NCBI GenBank assembly: GCA_964016885.1
Contig: OZ024740.1
Span: 4,774,001 to 4,838,000 of the forward strand
Origin: Eledone cirrhosa
Lineage: Eukaryota
DNA length: 64,000 nucleotides
Direction: 5' to 3'
Of the stretch, positions 63,242 to 64,000 are shown one piece after another. The position numbers and the translations under genes are program-made. Within the stretch, counting starts at the first letter, position 1, and every line of letters starts with the position of its first letter. The notes below the pieces were generated by a model. That model worked only from the letters and a program-made list of their open reading frames with translations. It was not told the origin of the DNA and did not search any database.

Positions 63242-63329
63242 AACAGAAGTCCGGCAAAAAAATTTTTTTTTATCATGTTTATTGTACATAAACATATAGT
63301 ATATGTATTCATATATATCCCATTAATAT

Positions 63330-63657
63330 ATCATCAATACCATTTAATGTCCAGTTTTCTAAGCTAGCATGGGTTAGACGAGTTGCCCCATTGTGACACA
63401 AGCGAGATCAGATGACCATGTCTTGCACAAATAGAACCGATTCTGGTTTCGTTTCTACGGCTGGATGCCCATCCTAACGCCAACTACATTTACAGTGTGT
63501 AGTGGCTGCTTTTTATAATGAGACATGACCACTTTACAGTGTGGACTGGGTACTTTTTGTCATGACACCTGACCACTTTACAGTGTGGACTGGGTACTTT
63601 TTGTCATGACACCTGACCACTTTACAGTGTGGACTGGGTACTTTTTATCGTCACACC
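63330..63657 (-). mobile_element. RTE-3'UTR-related retroposon or SINE with an internal tandem expansion
   Basis: Reverse complement ggcgttaggatgggcatccagccgtagaaac...acccatgctagc...ggacattaaatg is homologous to 61720-61860. Confidence 0.8.
63526..63657. repeat. 44-bp tandem repeat, 3 copies
   Basis: tgaccactttacagtgtggactgggtactttttgtcatgacacc starting at 63526, 63570 and 63614. Confidence 0.95.
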
Positions 63658-64000
63658 TCCTCCATCCTACACACCACACCTCTCCTTCATCCTACACACC
63701 ACACAGTTCATTACACCTCCTCTCCTCCATCAAAACTATTTTCAATACAGTAATCTCTCTATATATAAAATTCTTTGTCTCTCTCTCTCTCTGTCTGTCT
63801 GTTCCTATGCATTTTGGACCAAATCAAATTAAATTTTACAAGGTATTAGACCCCGGGAGTGGCAACATGTAATTTTCATTTTCATTTCGATTAAAACAAT
63901 ATAACATTTTAACTAAAATAATCTTTCTATAGTGAACTGAAAAACATTTTATACCACGACAACGTCACATTTTGTACATAATAATATAATAATAATAATG

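Overview
Eukaryotic, repeat-saturated animal DNA with no host gene that I can support. The repeat landscape ((AT)n/(CA)n tracts, RTE-type (GAT)n tails, SINE fragments) resembles an octopus/cephalopod genome, which is an inference from recalled repeat families. About 81% of the window is two strand-asymmetric tandem arrays: a 9-bp repeat (CTAACACAT)n at 1-9888 with kilobase higher-order blocks, and a 36-bp repeat at about 18821-60821 (roughly 1170 monomers) with local variant domains. The long ORFs over these arrays are artefacts. The non-array segments (9.9-18.8 kb and 60.8-64 kb) hold decayed retroelements: a Penelope-like element (PLE) with a C-terminal GIY-YIG domain and an inverted pseudo-LTR, plus CR1, CRE-like and RTE LINE fragments and SINEs. 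The most notable unannotated signal is a set of type I hammerhead ribozyme (HHR) motifs from four unrelated sequence families. Two are canonical (10933-11016 minus; 12013-12067 plus), one is a junction variant present twice in the PLE pseudo-LTRs, and one is decayed (63153-63241). The plus-strand HHR ends a ~550-nt non-coding, self-complementary, retrozyme-like unit inserted in (TA)n.
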